From positions 5,022,001 to 5,086,000 of the forward strand of contig NEEC01000002.1 of assembly GCA_002189035.1 (NCBI GenBank): 64,000 bases of DNA, read 5' to 3'. A program made the position numbers and the translations under genes. The DNA comes from Utricularia gibba (lineage: Eukaryota > Plantae > Magnoliophyta). Below the pieces are notes generated by a model. That model saw nothing but the letters and a program-made list of their open reading frames with translations, did not search any database and was not told the DNA's origin. Within the stretch, counting starts at the first letter, position 1; the number at the start of each line of letters is the position of its first letter. This document shows, piece after piece, positions 1 to 13,220 of this stretch.

Positions 1-338
1 TGGATTCTAGAAATCTAATAAACGAAATGAAGTATCACGTAAACTTCCATAGAAATCATTGGAAATGCCCTAAGGTCATCCACATTGGTGTTCGTACAAT
101 ATGGATTCCACATCATATTTGTTTTATTTTTTTTATAATTATTTTATATAATAATAATATTAAATAATAGACATCATTCTTCATTCCTGTCCACATTCCT
201 ATATGTACAATGTTGTATATAATATTTATATTTATTAATTTTATACTAATTAACATAATTAATCAAATATAAAAATAATATTTATTTAAAATAGAAAAAA
301 TTATTATTCAAACAATACATAATACAACAGATATAAAA

Positions 339-1574
339 TTAACTAAACTTATTCCAAATATACTCAATCAAATCTGCTTTCAATTATCTGTGCAATTTGC
401 TTCCTTGGATTTTACAACTCAAGCAAGATATGCTTCAAAAACATGAATATTTTGTCCTAATAAATCAAGTGACTCTTGTGTTATCTGATCATAGTCTTCA
501 GTATCTGATTGAGTATCATGTCCTTCATCTTCAACAATCATATTGTGTAAAATTATAGCAGCATACATGATATTAACTAGAGTTTCATGATCCCATATGC
601 GAGCAGGTGAATAAATAATTCCAAACTTTGCTTTTAATAGTCTAAAAGCTCGTTCTACATTCTTTCTTGCACTTTCTTGTCGAGTAGCAAAGAGCCTTGT
701 TTTTGGATTCTATGGAAGAGTAATAGTTTTCATAAAAACAGGTCATTCAGGATAAATACCATCAGCTAAGTAATATCCAATATCATATTTTTTTCCGTTG
801 ACCAAGAATTCAACTAGAGGGACCACACCTTGATGCAAGTCATCAAATAATATTGAATGAGATAATACATCAAGATCATTATTTGAACCTGGAGTATTAA
901 AGAACGAATGTCATATCCACATATCATTTGAAGCAACTGCCTCTAATATGATAGTAGAAGACACATGTCTACGAGTATACTGTCCTTTTTCAAGCTACAA
1001 GACAATTTTTCCACTCTCAATGCATGCAATCTATACTTCCCAACATACCAAGGAACCCTATTTCTTCACCCCATGACATAAGTCTTTGAATGTCACTTGG
1101 ATTGGAGCATCTTATATATTCTGTCTCAATCACTGTATGAATTCCGGTTACAAAAGATCTTAAGCGCTTGAGGATAGTTGAGTCACCAATTCGAAGATAT
1201 TCATCACAAGCATATGTACCATATCTATATGCCATCATTCACATTGCAGCAGTACATTTTTGCATTGTTGTCAAGGAGACACGACCGGTTGCATCTAGTT
1301 TGTCTTGTAGATATAGAACTACTTCCACAAGATTGGACATAATACGCTCAAACAAACTACGATGTATTCTAAAACGTCGATGAAATATTTGATCATTGTA
1401 GGTGACATTGATGGAGAAATAGTCTTCCACTAGATGAGTGTTTCCAAACTCATGCCCACGATCAATGTATTCATGATTTCCTCTATTTCTTCGGGATTGA
1501 TCTGGCTCATCTTTGAATATATACTCAATAGTAGCTTTAATAGCATCAATAACTGCACTACTATGATGAGGCAT
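339..1574 (-). pseudogene. Harbinger/Pong DDE transposase (HARBI1-like), multiple in-frame stops
   Basis: Motifs FHRRFRIHRSLF, QKCTAAM*MMAYRYG, GFLGMLGSIDCMH*EWKNC, YLADGIYP and C-terminal DLIEYIW. Stops replace conserved R and W codons. Confidence 0.9.
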
Positions 1575-1694
1575 AATGATTGAAAAATCCTCTCGATCAA
1601 AATGCTCATTTCAAAAAGAAACGTGCTTTTCATTATTGTGAGAATCCATTGAATTCAGGAATGAATTCATTATAAATGAAACAAGTTATATATA

Positions 1695-2045
1695 ATGAGT
1701 GAGATGTAGTAGGTGTGGTAGATTGGTAGTTGTGAGATGTGGTTGGTGTGGTTGGTTGGTAGTTGTGAGACGTGATTGGTATGGTAGGTTGGTAGTTGAA
1801 AGGTGTGGTTGATGTGGTGGATTGGTAGTTGGAAGGTGTGGTTGGTCTGATGGATTGATAGTTGGAAGATGTGGTTGATGTGGTGGATTGGTAGTTGGAA
1901 GGTGCGGTTGGTCTGGTGGATTGATAGTTTGAAGATGTGGTTGGTGTGGTGGATTAGTAGTTTTAAGATGTGGTTTGTGTGATAGATCCGTGGTTATGAA
2001 GTATGGTTGATAGAATAAATTTGTAGTTGTAAGATGTGTTTGTTG
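1695..2045. repeat. 33-bp G/T-rich minisatellite, about 10 degenerate copies, between the two Pong ORFs
   Basis: The minus-strand translation repeats QPHLPTTNPPH with an 11-aa period. The plus-strand unit is roughly TGGTGGATTGGTAGTTGGAAGGTGTGGTTGGTC. Confidence 0.85.
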
Positions 2046-2219
2046 AGTTAGGTTTAATAAATTAAATAAATTGTTCAATGCCATATAATAAACTAAATTG
2101 AAGTTGCATAGTTCATAAAAGTTCAAGCTCAATCAAAATAAAGAACATGAAGGATCAACAATCATCCTTCTCACCACTATGTGGTTCCTGAAAACTAGGC
2201 TGTGGAGGAAGCAAGTTAG

Positions 2220-3123
2220 CCTGAGTAGGAAGTGAATTCTGCTGAGCATTCATATAAGATAATGCACGATTGCACTTCATTATAGAGCATTCTTTCAAAG
2301 TCATCCATCTTCGATATATCCATCTCGATCAACAACCTCAACTCGCGTGTAAAGTTCACTGCAATTTCTGCATTCTTCATTGCAATATATTATTGATACA
2401 ATGTACTGTGTATTGTCATTTCAATCTTATACACATCCAATTTATCAGTTAGGGTTTTGACAACATCTATTTTCTCTTGAGAAATCCCGCTAGAAGTACT
2501 CCCCTAAACTCGTAGTTTTTTAGCATTCTTTTGTCCAATGGGGCGTTGTATAGTTGGAACCTCTAAATTCACTTATTCTATCACATTTGAAGGTATAGCA
2601 GATTGAACTGATGAAGAGTCACTTGTAATACTTGCTATGTTTTTCTTCTTATTTCCATTGTCTATATCATGTTTTCATACAAAACAATGAGTTAATAAAA
2701 AAACAAGATGTAAATAACAATGAATTTTACCGTTATCCATTTTGGTTGATCTCGCAATATTTTCCAAACTTCCAAATATGTAAAAGGTTTACGAAGTTCT
2801 TCTTTATATAACTTCAAGCTCATATCAATCAAGTCATAGCTATTGTAACCGCTTGGATTCTATCGTGAAATCCTATCATACATCCCAGAAAAAATTTGGG
2901 CATCTATACTTAAACTTTTTCACTTCTTCCTTAAGGCTTCAGGTTCTCGAACTTTTCCATTTGTTAGATTAGCCTTGATTGCATCACAATATAAAGAACT
3001 AATGGCTTTCCAAAATGATTCTGCCTTTTGAGAATTACTGGTAATTGGATCAATGGAAGTATTTAACCAAGCTGACACTAATATGTTGACTTCTTCATCT
3101 GCCCATCTTGCCATTGACATCAT
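2220..3123 (-). pseudogene. Pong ORF1 (Myb/SANT-like DNA-binding plus NAM-associated region), disrupted
   Basis: RWADEEVNILVSAWLNTSIDPITSNSQKAESFWKAI is the typical N-terminus. Downstream fragments include KPFTYLEVWKILR and RPIGQK. Confidence 0.8.
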
Positions 3124-3871
3124 ACTAACCTAAAAAATATCATTGAAAAAATGATCAAATGACTATTTAAATAAATATACTTAATATAAATACTATAAAA
3201 TCAAATGCAATATATTGAAATGATTCTAAAAAATAAAAAAAAATTTCGAAAATGCATATAAGGAAATAAAAAATAATAATAGAATCAACAAATATTTAAC
3301 ATTAATCAAGTTTCATCAAATCTATGAGACACTACAAAAAAATAATTTTATACCATGGTATATAATATAATTATTCTATAAAAGATTATAATATAAACTA
3401 TCAAGCATCATCAAATACTAGTTATTCCAAAAATATTAAGCAAAAAAAAAAAACAACAATGTTAAGAAATTTTCAAAATCCTTCAATTAGTACAATTAAT
3501 ATATTAATTGAAGATGAAAACTTTCATAACTTGTGAAAATATAAAAATCCTACGTTACCCAATAGCTACAAACAAAAAAATTGGAAATGAATCTTCACTC
3601 TTTTGTCAAACAAGATCCGTTGTGCAAGAGAAAAATGAAAAGATGGAGTTGTGTGTGAAGATATAAGGTTTATATATTAAATATATTTGAATAAAAAAAG
3701 AATTAAAAAAATAAAAAAATGATTGATTGTCCACGGAGAGAGTGTGTCCGTGGACACAAAATTGTCGGACAAAACTAGACCACACATTGTTATCAAGAAG
3801 GTTCATTCATTTCCATCGATCTACATGTTCGCCACATCATAATTATCCGGACACCAATGTGGATGCCCTAA

Positions 3872-6800
3872 TGGCAACATGGCTATAGCACCATTTTCCA
3901 ACTTTCATGTGTTACAATACTATTTTCCAACCTTCATTGTATTATAGTACCATTTTCCAACCTTCAGAGACGCACACCTTCGTTCTACTATGCGAAGAGT
4001 CCACCATCACCTTTCAAGAGGTTTCCTTATTGTGGGGTCTTTTTTTTTTATGGTTCACACTCGCACAAAATACATAGCACATCAATGGCGTGAGCTATGG
4101 TTTGAATAGTTTGGCATGACCCGGCACATGACCAGATGCACCAGATATATGAGAATTTCAATTAGGGGATGTTTCACTAGTATATGGTGCCATCGAGCAT
4201 GCCATCAACATGCGAGACTCCTTCTTTCTACCTATGACCACCATTCTTAACTATCACTCCATCATATCTTTGACCACCTCCTTGCTCGGAGTTCATGATA
4301 CCCCATACAGAATCAAGCTAGTTTAATGCTAGGAGGGGACATGCTTATTGAAGATTCCCAATGTCACCACTATATAGTGGTCCATAGGATGTGACCCATC
4401 CGTCGTCATCACGACGACCTAGACAAGGGTAGTTGGAATCACTATTCCAATCATAATATACAAGTGTGTTTTGTGATAATAAACTATGATGCGAATCGTT
4501 ATAGAATAAACTACTTTTATGAATGTAATTTGAAAATAATCATATAAAAACATCAAGAATAAATAAGTTCTACTAGCAACTAATCAAACATGTTTAAACC
4601 AGAAAATATCGAATCTATCAAACTATTTTACCGGTGGTGGATTCACTTACAAATTCATCTCATTGTGTATTCTTGTATGACACTATTGACCAACGACAAT
4701 CCTGCATTGTGTAGGATCAAGAATCAAGAGTTTTGAAAACTTTTTTACTATACGTTTGTCGCAAAGCATGCAATATATCGAAACTAATCATGATATTGTT
4801 ATCACTAACCTTCACCTTTTCAGCAGCAATAATAGCATGAGAGCATGGAATACTATATTTCATCTACTTTTTTCAACTACAAGTTTGATTGCAAAGCATC
4901 ACTCGATAGCGACATCTCCCTTGAAACGACTGACAACTTCAATCTGAAATAACATATTTGCAGTCTAGAATTGGTACACCTGGTGTTTCTTGGCTCATTC
5001 TCGTGTTCTATCCCAAAAGCGTTTCATCTTCTTTAAGAGAGATTGCGTGCATCAATAAACAAGTGTTATATATAAAGTAAAATAATTAAACAATAAAAAC
5101 ACCCAAGACTAGGCAACCTCAATATTATACCTAATGGTTTTATGTCATCGAGGTGATCTCCTATTTACATTGGCACAGGATGGTAGTCGACTTCAATAAT
5201 GTAATCAGAACAATTGTATCCAAGGGAAATGCGTGGCAAACTATGAAAACATTGTTCATGATCTCCATTGCAAATCATTGGAGAGTGTCCATCTCTCAAA
5301 TTGATCATTTTCTATCTCAAAGAATCATGCATAAACCATTGGATTTTTCTTTTGGATCCTTTCAAGGTACATCATCAACTTTATTGAATCACAGGTCGCT
5401 CCGACATTGTAAGCCATCTGCGTCAATATGTTTGTAATTACACAAACATCAACAGTGGGCTAGACGGCCCTCTTGAAACCCCACTAAACACCCTAGAGAA
5501 TTGTTGAAAGCGAGTGATAAACGGAAATTTCCTAATATCGTTGCAAATAAAAATAGAAAATTCATATCAAATAAATTTATAATCCCTAATCTACACAAAA
5601 TACAAATTTAGAAAACTTGTATAGTGGATATCGGGGTCGATCACAAAGAGCTTGTACTTGCTAAGAGTTTTAGTACATGCATAATTTCGGATAACAGTAG
5701 GTCTTAGTCTAAGCTCGGACTAACAGTGGTAAACAAGTTCAGTAAACAAGGTAGGTAAGCAATATCAGGTCTTGACGCTAAGGTAACAAGTACTGGTTTT
5801 GACTCAGACTAATACAAAGACGCCTTAAGGATTTGTAGGTGGTATTATGCTAAGGTTCCTAACTTAATTTACTTTCTTCCTACACTCACAACTTCAAATA
5901 ACCTAAGTCTACGCAGGTTATTCACCATATTTTCGGTTAAGCTAGTCCTCAATATCATAACCAACGTTACAATTAGGTCTACCCCCATGCAAGGCATATA
6001 GAACTAGGTCTACCCGATTCTACTGGTTCTACCCTGGACTAACACTGACTGCTCACGTCTTGGTTTGTTGGTCTACCTTTAAACCAAGCATCTAAGTTGT
6101 AAAACTATTTGTTTCTCTCCTTAGGTCTACCCATGGTTTGTTAGAAACAAGAGTTAAAGAATACACATAAATATCATCATTCATCCTAAGCACACACCAG
6201 ACCACTTCTCCTTAAGGCATCCCTAAGACTCTAGTCACTCATGTTTTGGAAATAAAACACGATTTCATTCATATAAGTTTGCCAAAATGGCAGAAACAAT
6301 GTAAACAAGTAAAACGCAAAAACTTGAAATGTTCAGAAAACAGAAAGTAAATAAGGATTGTTCTTCCGCCCGTTAGCTACTGTTCACAGCCAGGAACAAT
6401 AGCGTTGAACTGGGCTCCGGTTCTACTCTTGGTGATGAAGGCCTTCCTTCCCCCCTTCTGGTTGGTGTTTTTTGCATCGGGGAAGAAGACCCCTTGTGCC
6501 CCCCTGCTCTCCGCTTCAACTTCGTGCTGTCCTTCCTTTTCGAAATAATTTTCCCTTTTGCTTCACTCCATTGCACTGTTCCTGACTGTCAGTACTGTTC
6601 TTGGCCGCCAGCACTGTTCCCGGCCTGAAATTCAGACTGCGGTGGCAGCAGAACAGTGCTCTTTGTCCTTCTCCAGATTTTGCGCCCTTTTTCCCTTGTT
6701 TCGCACACTTGCAAGTCTGATTCTCGGGTGATTTCCCTGCTGAACTTACTGAAATATTAGTAACAAAAGTTGTGGACTAAATCAAAGGATTTAGTCCACT

Positions 6801-7800
6801 TTTCACATAATCACATGAGATTAACATAAACACCACTAAAACATGAAAAATCATATTTATCTAACCTAAACCATAATAAAATATAACCATTTTGCAGTTT
6901 GAAATTTAGGAAAAATGTGTATCATCAGCGAGATCTAGATAATTGTATTGTACAAGGTGTCTCAATTTCACTCTCTAATGCTTCATCATCACAAACATTT
7001 TCTAGAGGAGCTTCAAAATCATCAGTTGAGTCAGTGTCTCCATTATCATCATCAAAGTCGACCACATCTTTTAAAAAAATCAATGACAATAATTTTATAT
7101 ATTTAGACTTAACATCATTAAATTTACCTTCTAAGAGTCATACTTCAATCAAATTCATACTTGGATTATCATCATGTTTAAAGATAATGACAATTGAAAA
7201 CTCATGCATACATCTACAATATAATTAATTATTAAAAATATAAAAAATGATAATTCTTAATATATTCTGTTAAACAAATACCTCCATAGTGAACGTCCAC
7301 CATATTAGTGCAAGGCCATGAAAGAATATGTGAACTATCACCTTCATTGTAAGACATATTAACATTTTTGCTGTTATGTTATTCGGATATTGGGAATAGG
7401 ATGACATTCTCAAAAAATTGAAAAAAATTTTAGTGTATTTATCTATTTTAAAACGGTGAAATAAATGTAAATTTAAATAAAAATAATTTATTAATAACAA
7501 TAACAATGTAATCAACAATTATATGACTATTGTAAATTACTATGTACAAAATATACAACAAAATTAAATAATGAAAAGTAAAATTACAATGGAAATGGTT
7601 TATTATTACAAATTACTATATAAAAATAGTATAAAAAATTTAAATAACTAAAAATAAAATTACAAAAGAAAAAACAATATTACCCAAATTTTGCTCCAAA
7701 TCTAGCTCAACTCCGTATATCACTGACCTCTAACTGATAGAAAAAACCCTGAATATGAATGAGTAAACTTTTGGATGTGATAGATATATGTAGAAGACGG
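3872..7800 (-). mobile_element. Decayed Mutator (MuDR-like) element, interrupted by a solo LTR
   Basis: Minus-strand fragments resemble the SWIM finger (TCS..K..YSIPCSHAIIAA, about 4840-4900) and the MULE core (about 5150-5450). Repeated CCATTTTCCAAC motifs at 3890-3965 resemble a MULE terminus. The right boundary is uncertain. Confidence 0.6.
5515..6927 (-). mobile_element. Solo LTR (Ty3/Gypsy, Athila-like), 1413 bp
   Basis: Begins TGATAAACGG and ends ATCATCA. A perfect 5-bp TSD GCGAG sits at 5510-5514 and 6928-6932. The CTAAATCAAAGGATTTAG motif is shared (in reverse) with the LTR fragment at 10926. Confidence 0.88.
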
Positions 7801-7887
7801 GCGTGTAAGCAGAAATTGCATAAATAAGATGTCATTATTGATGATGCCTAATATTAATAATATACAGCCATTTTTTATCAATATTAT

Positions 7888-8395
7888 TGGTGGAGTATAA
7901 ATCGAATTAGGATAATCGGCCTCTAAAAAGCTGCCAAAGGGTACCCTGACGGGATAGCGTTAGTCGATAGACCGATATGTGTTAGAGGTACAGTCCAAAA
8001 AGTGGCCGAATTACGGCAAAGCAGACGAGATCCACTGAAAAGTAGGATCATAGTACAGGCGGAGAAAGCGACCGAAAACTACAGAAGTCAGGATTCGGTC
8101 AGATCGGCCTCTTGGATAAATAGCAGAAATTCTGAAGAGAAACGGGTTCGACTCTAAGCCCTTCAACTTGTACCTTTCCTCACCATCACCATCGAGTGAA
8201 GATTTTTCCGGCGAGCACCGTTAGCTCCGTGGTTTTTCCGTCTCTCGGCGGTTTCCACGTAAAAGTCTTCCTCCTCTTCTATTTTCGTAAAACGCATCAT
8301 ACCAAGCACAAAACTTGACCCGAGTTCGACGCCTCTAACGAACTCTATAACTCGAAAATCGGTTCCGGCCCCAACGCCAATTTTCGACCTTAACA
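7888..8395 (-). mobile_element. Probable solo LTR, about 508 bp
   Basis: TG...CA termini, near-perfect 5-bp TSD (ATTAT 7883-7887, ATTAC 8396-8400), and a GC-richer block in AT-rich flanks. Confidence 0.6.
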
Positions 8396-9289
8396 ATTAC
8401 AGAAGTTACTTTTTCGAATAACATATGACCACATATGATTATGGCCACTGATCATATAAATAGCGACAAGTAATACATTTATAATGGAAAAATTTGAGAA
8501 TGTGTCACCCAACACTAAGTAATATTAGCCAATGTGCCCTTATACTATCGAAACAAGTGAACTTGCCACTAAACTCATTATTTAGTTGCAAATGTGCCAC
8601 TCAAGTCTTTTCCTACCTTAATTAATATCCTTCCATATTGTGAGTAACGGTCATGCATGAATACACGCACATAACCAAAAAAATGTGCCACTATATGTTC
8701 AAATGATCGAGTTTTGTGCCACTTATGTTAATAGTTTTTAAAAAGCATGGAAAATGTAGTAGTGCTAACAAATTCGTATCCTTTTCTTAAAAATTTGACC
8801 CGTAACCACAACAAAAATTGATATCTAATTCGTCTAATAATCCGAGCAATTGAAAAAATTTCAAAAACAGATCAGATATGGTTTTCATATTTTAATATCC
8901 AAAAAGACGAGAGGATTCAGAAATTTAAAAGAATTAATTAATCAATTAAAATAGCATTATTTCATCCCTTATTAGTAAAGTATTTTGGAGTATGATATTT
9001 AAATATATATCAATTATTAGTAAAACATGCTTCCTTAAAATCAGAATATTAACCTTAAAAAATAACATAAAAGGGGAAATGAGGCAAAATATCAAAGATG
9101 TATCACCTAGCAAAAGATCAATATCCGTAGTTCTAACCGATTGCGAAACAAAAGTAGAAGGGACATAACATTATCAATGGCCAACTTCATGTGCAACACC
9201 AATATCTTCGACAAATGCCTCCAACTCCTATTTGGTAAACCAAGTAGGAGTCATCTGGTAATGAAACAAAAGTTAGTGACTCATCTAAA

Positions 9290-10070
9290 TATAAAATCAT
9301 TCAATATATGTATGACGTACAAAGTAAGGATATCCCTCTATGTCGAATTGATCCGAAGCACTTTGCACGAACAAGTTTATGTAATAAAGCGCAAACAATC
9401 CGCATTCACTAGCTCCAATTTGAGTGGATACCTGATTTGTAAATGTCAAAAAATCACATTGAGAATTGTAGCAGTAAATCCATACCATTGGTTTGAGTAA
9501 TAGCATCTTCCGGTAGGCATCCTCTGGTTTAGATGGCTTCAACACTGATATAGATTGTTAATGAACCTACAACCACCAGCAAAATGTAATGTTCATGTTC
9601 ATATAACTGCAACTCTAAAAAATTTGCTCAAATCTAAGCTATCACTACCTCCTAATCGTTGACTCATTTAGTGAAATGTTGGACTTCCCCAATGAGTCCA
9701 AAACAATCAAAGAACATTTATTCTTGATACTTGGGTTGCAGAGAATCATCAAATACCAATGACCACTGCACATATGAAGAATGTTGTGATTTTTTAGTAA
9801 CTATGTACCTAAATAAATGGGAAAACTATACAACAGGGATGAAAATGTATTTCTTTCTATTGAACATTTTCATCTTGCGCAGCTTCTTCATAATTGATTC
9901 CACATATTCACCTCGACACCATGCTCCAAAATACAAACACATACAGTTTGCTGCAAGCTTGAGGTATTGATTGTCGAACCTTCCTGTAATATATTTGACA
10001 AAATATGATAATGAAATCCTATTGCAGTAGATCCATCATAAAAAAAAACATTTGGGGTTGAAACTTACTC
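9290..10070 (-). pseudogene. ULP1/C48-like cysteine protease remnant inside the MULE
   Basis: QVSTQIGASECGLFALYYI resembles the Q-x(5)-CG catalytic Cys motif. Upstream fragments include KKYIFIPVV and WSLVFDDSL. Stops and frameshifts are present. Confidence 0.65.
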
Positions 10071-10570
10071 AAGCAGGTTGGTGAATATCTCATCTTGAAG
10101 TATTCCAAATCTTTCAATACCTATAACATTAGGATACGGTTGGAAATATGTAGCTCTTCTAGTAACTATAGAACTATGGAAAGAAGGGGTTTGTGATGAC
10201 ACAATAATTGGACTGTGTTTTGGAGTATGACAAGTACCAATCTCTTCAGAAGTATGCAGTGAAGATTGACCAACATCTTGTTTGATCTCCATTGTGGTTT
10301 GCTGACCAGTAGACTATGTTTGAGGTGCACTACTACCCTCTTCATTTTCTATAGCATGTGGGATTGAAACATCATATACTTTTGGTTTCCTCCTATTCTT
10401 CTGGGCAAGTGGAGAACTTGTTGATTCTTTGAATGTCACATTCTCTTCTACTACAATTGTATCTCTAAACAAATATTAGATAATAAATTACAACACATTA
10501 TAACAAGAGGATCAGTTGTAATATTAGTTATGTTATTTTAAAAAAATATAATAATAAGATTTTTTAGGAT

Positions 10571-10792
10571 CTACCTAGAAAGTTTTGTTAACTGTTGTGA
10601 TGGAGCATGTGATTTTTCAGGAATTTTGCATCTGCATTTGTTATACCCAATGTCTCTACAATTACTGCACCGCATTATTTTCATCCTCTGTCTTTTTCTT
10701 AACTTAGGAGGTCTACCTCTTCTCTTTCGAAATGGAGTGGCAGCTAAAGGGGGTTTTTCCGCAACTGGCCAATATTTCGAAGAATTAACTGG
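10571..10792 (-). pseudogene. MuDR transposase C-terminal fragment (post-SWIM region, zinc knuckle)
   Basis: YWPVAEKPPL...RKRRGRPPKLRKR...RCSNCRDIGYNKCRC. Confidence 0.75.
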
Positions 10793-12832
10793 TGATAGCA
10801 AACAAATTTTCATGTTTTTATAATATGAAAATTATAAGTTTTTAATTATATTTTACTTGTTTATTTTGTATTTTTAAGTATTTTTATATAATTTAGTGAA
10901 TATATGAACTTTGTAGGCAAATGAGCTAAATCCTTTGATTTAGCCCATTTTATGTACTAACGTGCTTTGAATCTAGCATCAACTCCCAAAAATCAGGGGA
11001 GACAACATGATTTTGTGCAAGTATCAGGTTGAAGAAGAAAAGTCAACATAAAAGGAGCAATGAGTACACCGTCGCGGCGGCAGTCTGCATGTCAAGGGTA
11101 GGAGTAGCAGATCTATCAGAGATCGTTCTTGCCTTGAGAAATGAGAGAGGAGAAGATAATTTTGGAGGAGAGAGAATCGCACAGAGGGTGGGGAGTAGCA
11201 GCGACACATAGAGAGTTCCTCCAACACTACGAACACCGATTAGGAGAGGAGAAGAACGAGATTCTCGGGAAGAAGACTCCCATCCTCCAACACTATAAAC
11301 AAAGTGTCTGACTTTGTAAAAACAATGATTCCTTATGACCTCTCTACATGACTCTTGCTCCTATACTCCATCCCAGCAAACAAGTCAAACTGCCTACTGA
11401 TGCATTGTCTCACAGAGTTATCAATAACTTTTGATTTACTTCCTCTAACATTGTTATTGTTAGTGTATGTGTTCTAGAGATACAATACTTGATAAGCAAA
11501 CAAGTTCTCCAAAACTTGTATCAACAAGTTTAATTGTTGATTTTTTTTGAGTTTAATTGTGATCAAATTTATATCATTGATAAAATACTCTACTTGATAT
11601 ATGTGCTATAGAAATTATGATGAGATCATAATGTGAGATTCTTCAAGCACTCATTATCAAGTTAAAACTCCCTGGTTAGAGTATTTGTGAAATGATTTGT
11701 ATCACAAATACGGATAAGCTGGCATACATTAAGTTCCCTAAACAGTTTGGGCAATGGTTCTCACAATTGATGTAATGAGATTACTAGAACCTATGTGTGG
11801 GTGTCGATTAGAAAATCGATTCACTGGATGACTCATCTTTGAGAGGCTACTATGGGAAGCTAACCAAGTGTCAGTAGCAAAATCTCGAATATGATAGCCG
11901 TGCAAGTAAGCTTAGACTTGAGGTCAACAAAGTTATCTTGATCCTAAGTTCACATTTTCGCTTATTACTAATGGGAGACTAACCATGGCTTGCCTAGTAT
12001 GGATGAATAGGGATGTGAATCCTTAAGGTTGGAGATAGTTGATTGATCAATAAAAGATTCATCACTCATGTTAGCGATGAGATCATATCTCAAGTAATTG
12101 CATCAAAGCCTAACAGTAAGTCCTGGCCCTGGGTAATGACACTCAAATTGTTTGAGTAGGTCATTTTGTGTTAGTGCTTGAATGCAATTATAAGTTCGAT
12201 ACATCAGAAAGACACACACCCATGTTTTGGTATCGAATGAGATATAAGTTTGATGAAAGCTGTTCATTGCATGATAGCTGGTCATGGAAAGACTCAATCA
12301 GTTCACATGATTATTCTTTAATCTTGGGGATCATGATATGTTGCTAGACATCACTCATGATCGATAATGATGAATTTGATTAATTAAGAGTTAATTAATA
12401 AATCTATTATTACGGCCTTGATTGAATAAGCCTATAGGGTCACACACAATAGTGGAGTCGCTCATCGATATAAAATAGAATGACACAATTACATGAGATG
12501 TAATTGGTAAAGTGGATAAATTAAATAGAGAGCTATTTTGAGATTAATATTGATTAAACTCAAAAAAAAAGATCTCATATAGATATGATTTGATATGTCA
12601 CAAAATATCTATCGAAAAAATTTAGATCTTGAGATCTGCTCCAAAGGTCTTCGTGCTCTTTGAGACTGATCCACAAGGAGGCGTTTTTCTCTACTAGCAC
12701 CTAAGAAATTCGACCAGCATTCAAGAGCCTTGAAAAGGTTATCGACGGAGTGCTCCACGTGTGAATACCATAGAGGCCGTCTACTATTGGCGATTGGTGA
12801 ACAACAGAGTCATCTGATAGGTATTTTGAACA
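10793..12832 (+). mobile_element. Composite of LTR retrotransposon pieces in the MULE: Athila-like LTR start plus an Angela-like Copia LTR (about 11458-12832)
   Basis: TGATAGCAAAC start with CTAAATCCTTTGATTTAGCCC. A second TG start TGTTAGTGTATGTG carries GGGTCACACAC and GTGAATACCATAGAGGC motifs that I recall from Angela LTRs. No TSD found. Confidence 0.55.
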
Positions 12833-12841
12833 TACCTTCGT

Positions 12842-13220
12842 CTAATGTATACCGTATTCCAAGATCTGCGTTTGTGGTTTATCAAAAATTTTAAATTCCG
12901 CTGCTTTTGAGACATACGATGTCACGAGAAACCAACAGTTATTATTCTTTGAACTAGTTGTGTGTGAGGTATGTTTTGATGTGAAATACTCATCATTGAT
13001 GTCCTCTTGTAAGTGAACACATGTATATGTAGTATTCTCATTGGGTATGCCATACTTTGGTTCTCCAACATGAATAAATGCACTTGTAATAAGCACGGCA
13101 GCATATGTGGGGCTGATCTATGATTCATTTTTTTCCTCCACCACAATGTCGTAATCAAAGTCAAATAAACTCCCCTCTTGGGAGTCATCACTGCTAAAAG
13201 AAGTCTCAGTATTGCTCATT
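12842..13220 (-). pseudogene. MuDR transposase N-terminal fragment
   Basis: An acidic N-terminus is followed by ...CWFLVTSYVSKAAEFKI, resembling the MuDR C-x-W-x(3)-AS motif. Confidence 0.5.

Larger units (their letters stand above)
74..3868 (-). mobile_element. Full-length but decayed Pong-like PIF/Harbinger DNA transposon
   Basis: Left end GGTCATCCACATTGGTGTTCGTACAAT (74-100) matches the reverse complement of the right end GGGCATCCACATTGGTGTCCGGATAAT at 23/27 positions. TAA flanks both ends (71-73, 3869-3871). A Myb-like ORF1 and a DDE transposase lie in tandem on the minus strand. Confidence 0.92.

Noticed and set aside
1686-2132. 148-aa P/H/T-rich ORF as a standalone host gene (extensin-like)
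   Set aside because: It lies inside a TIR/TSD-bounded transposon and is explained by the 33-bp repeat.
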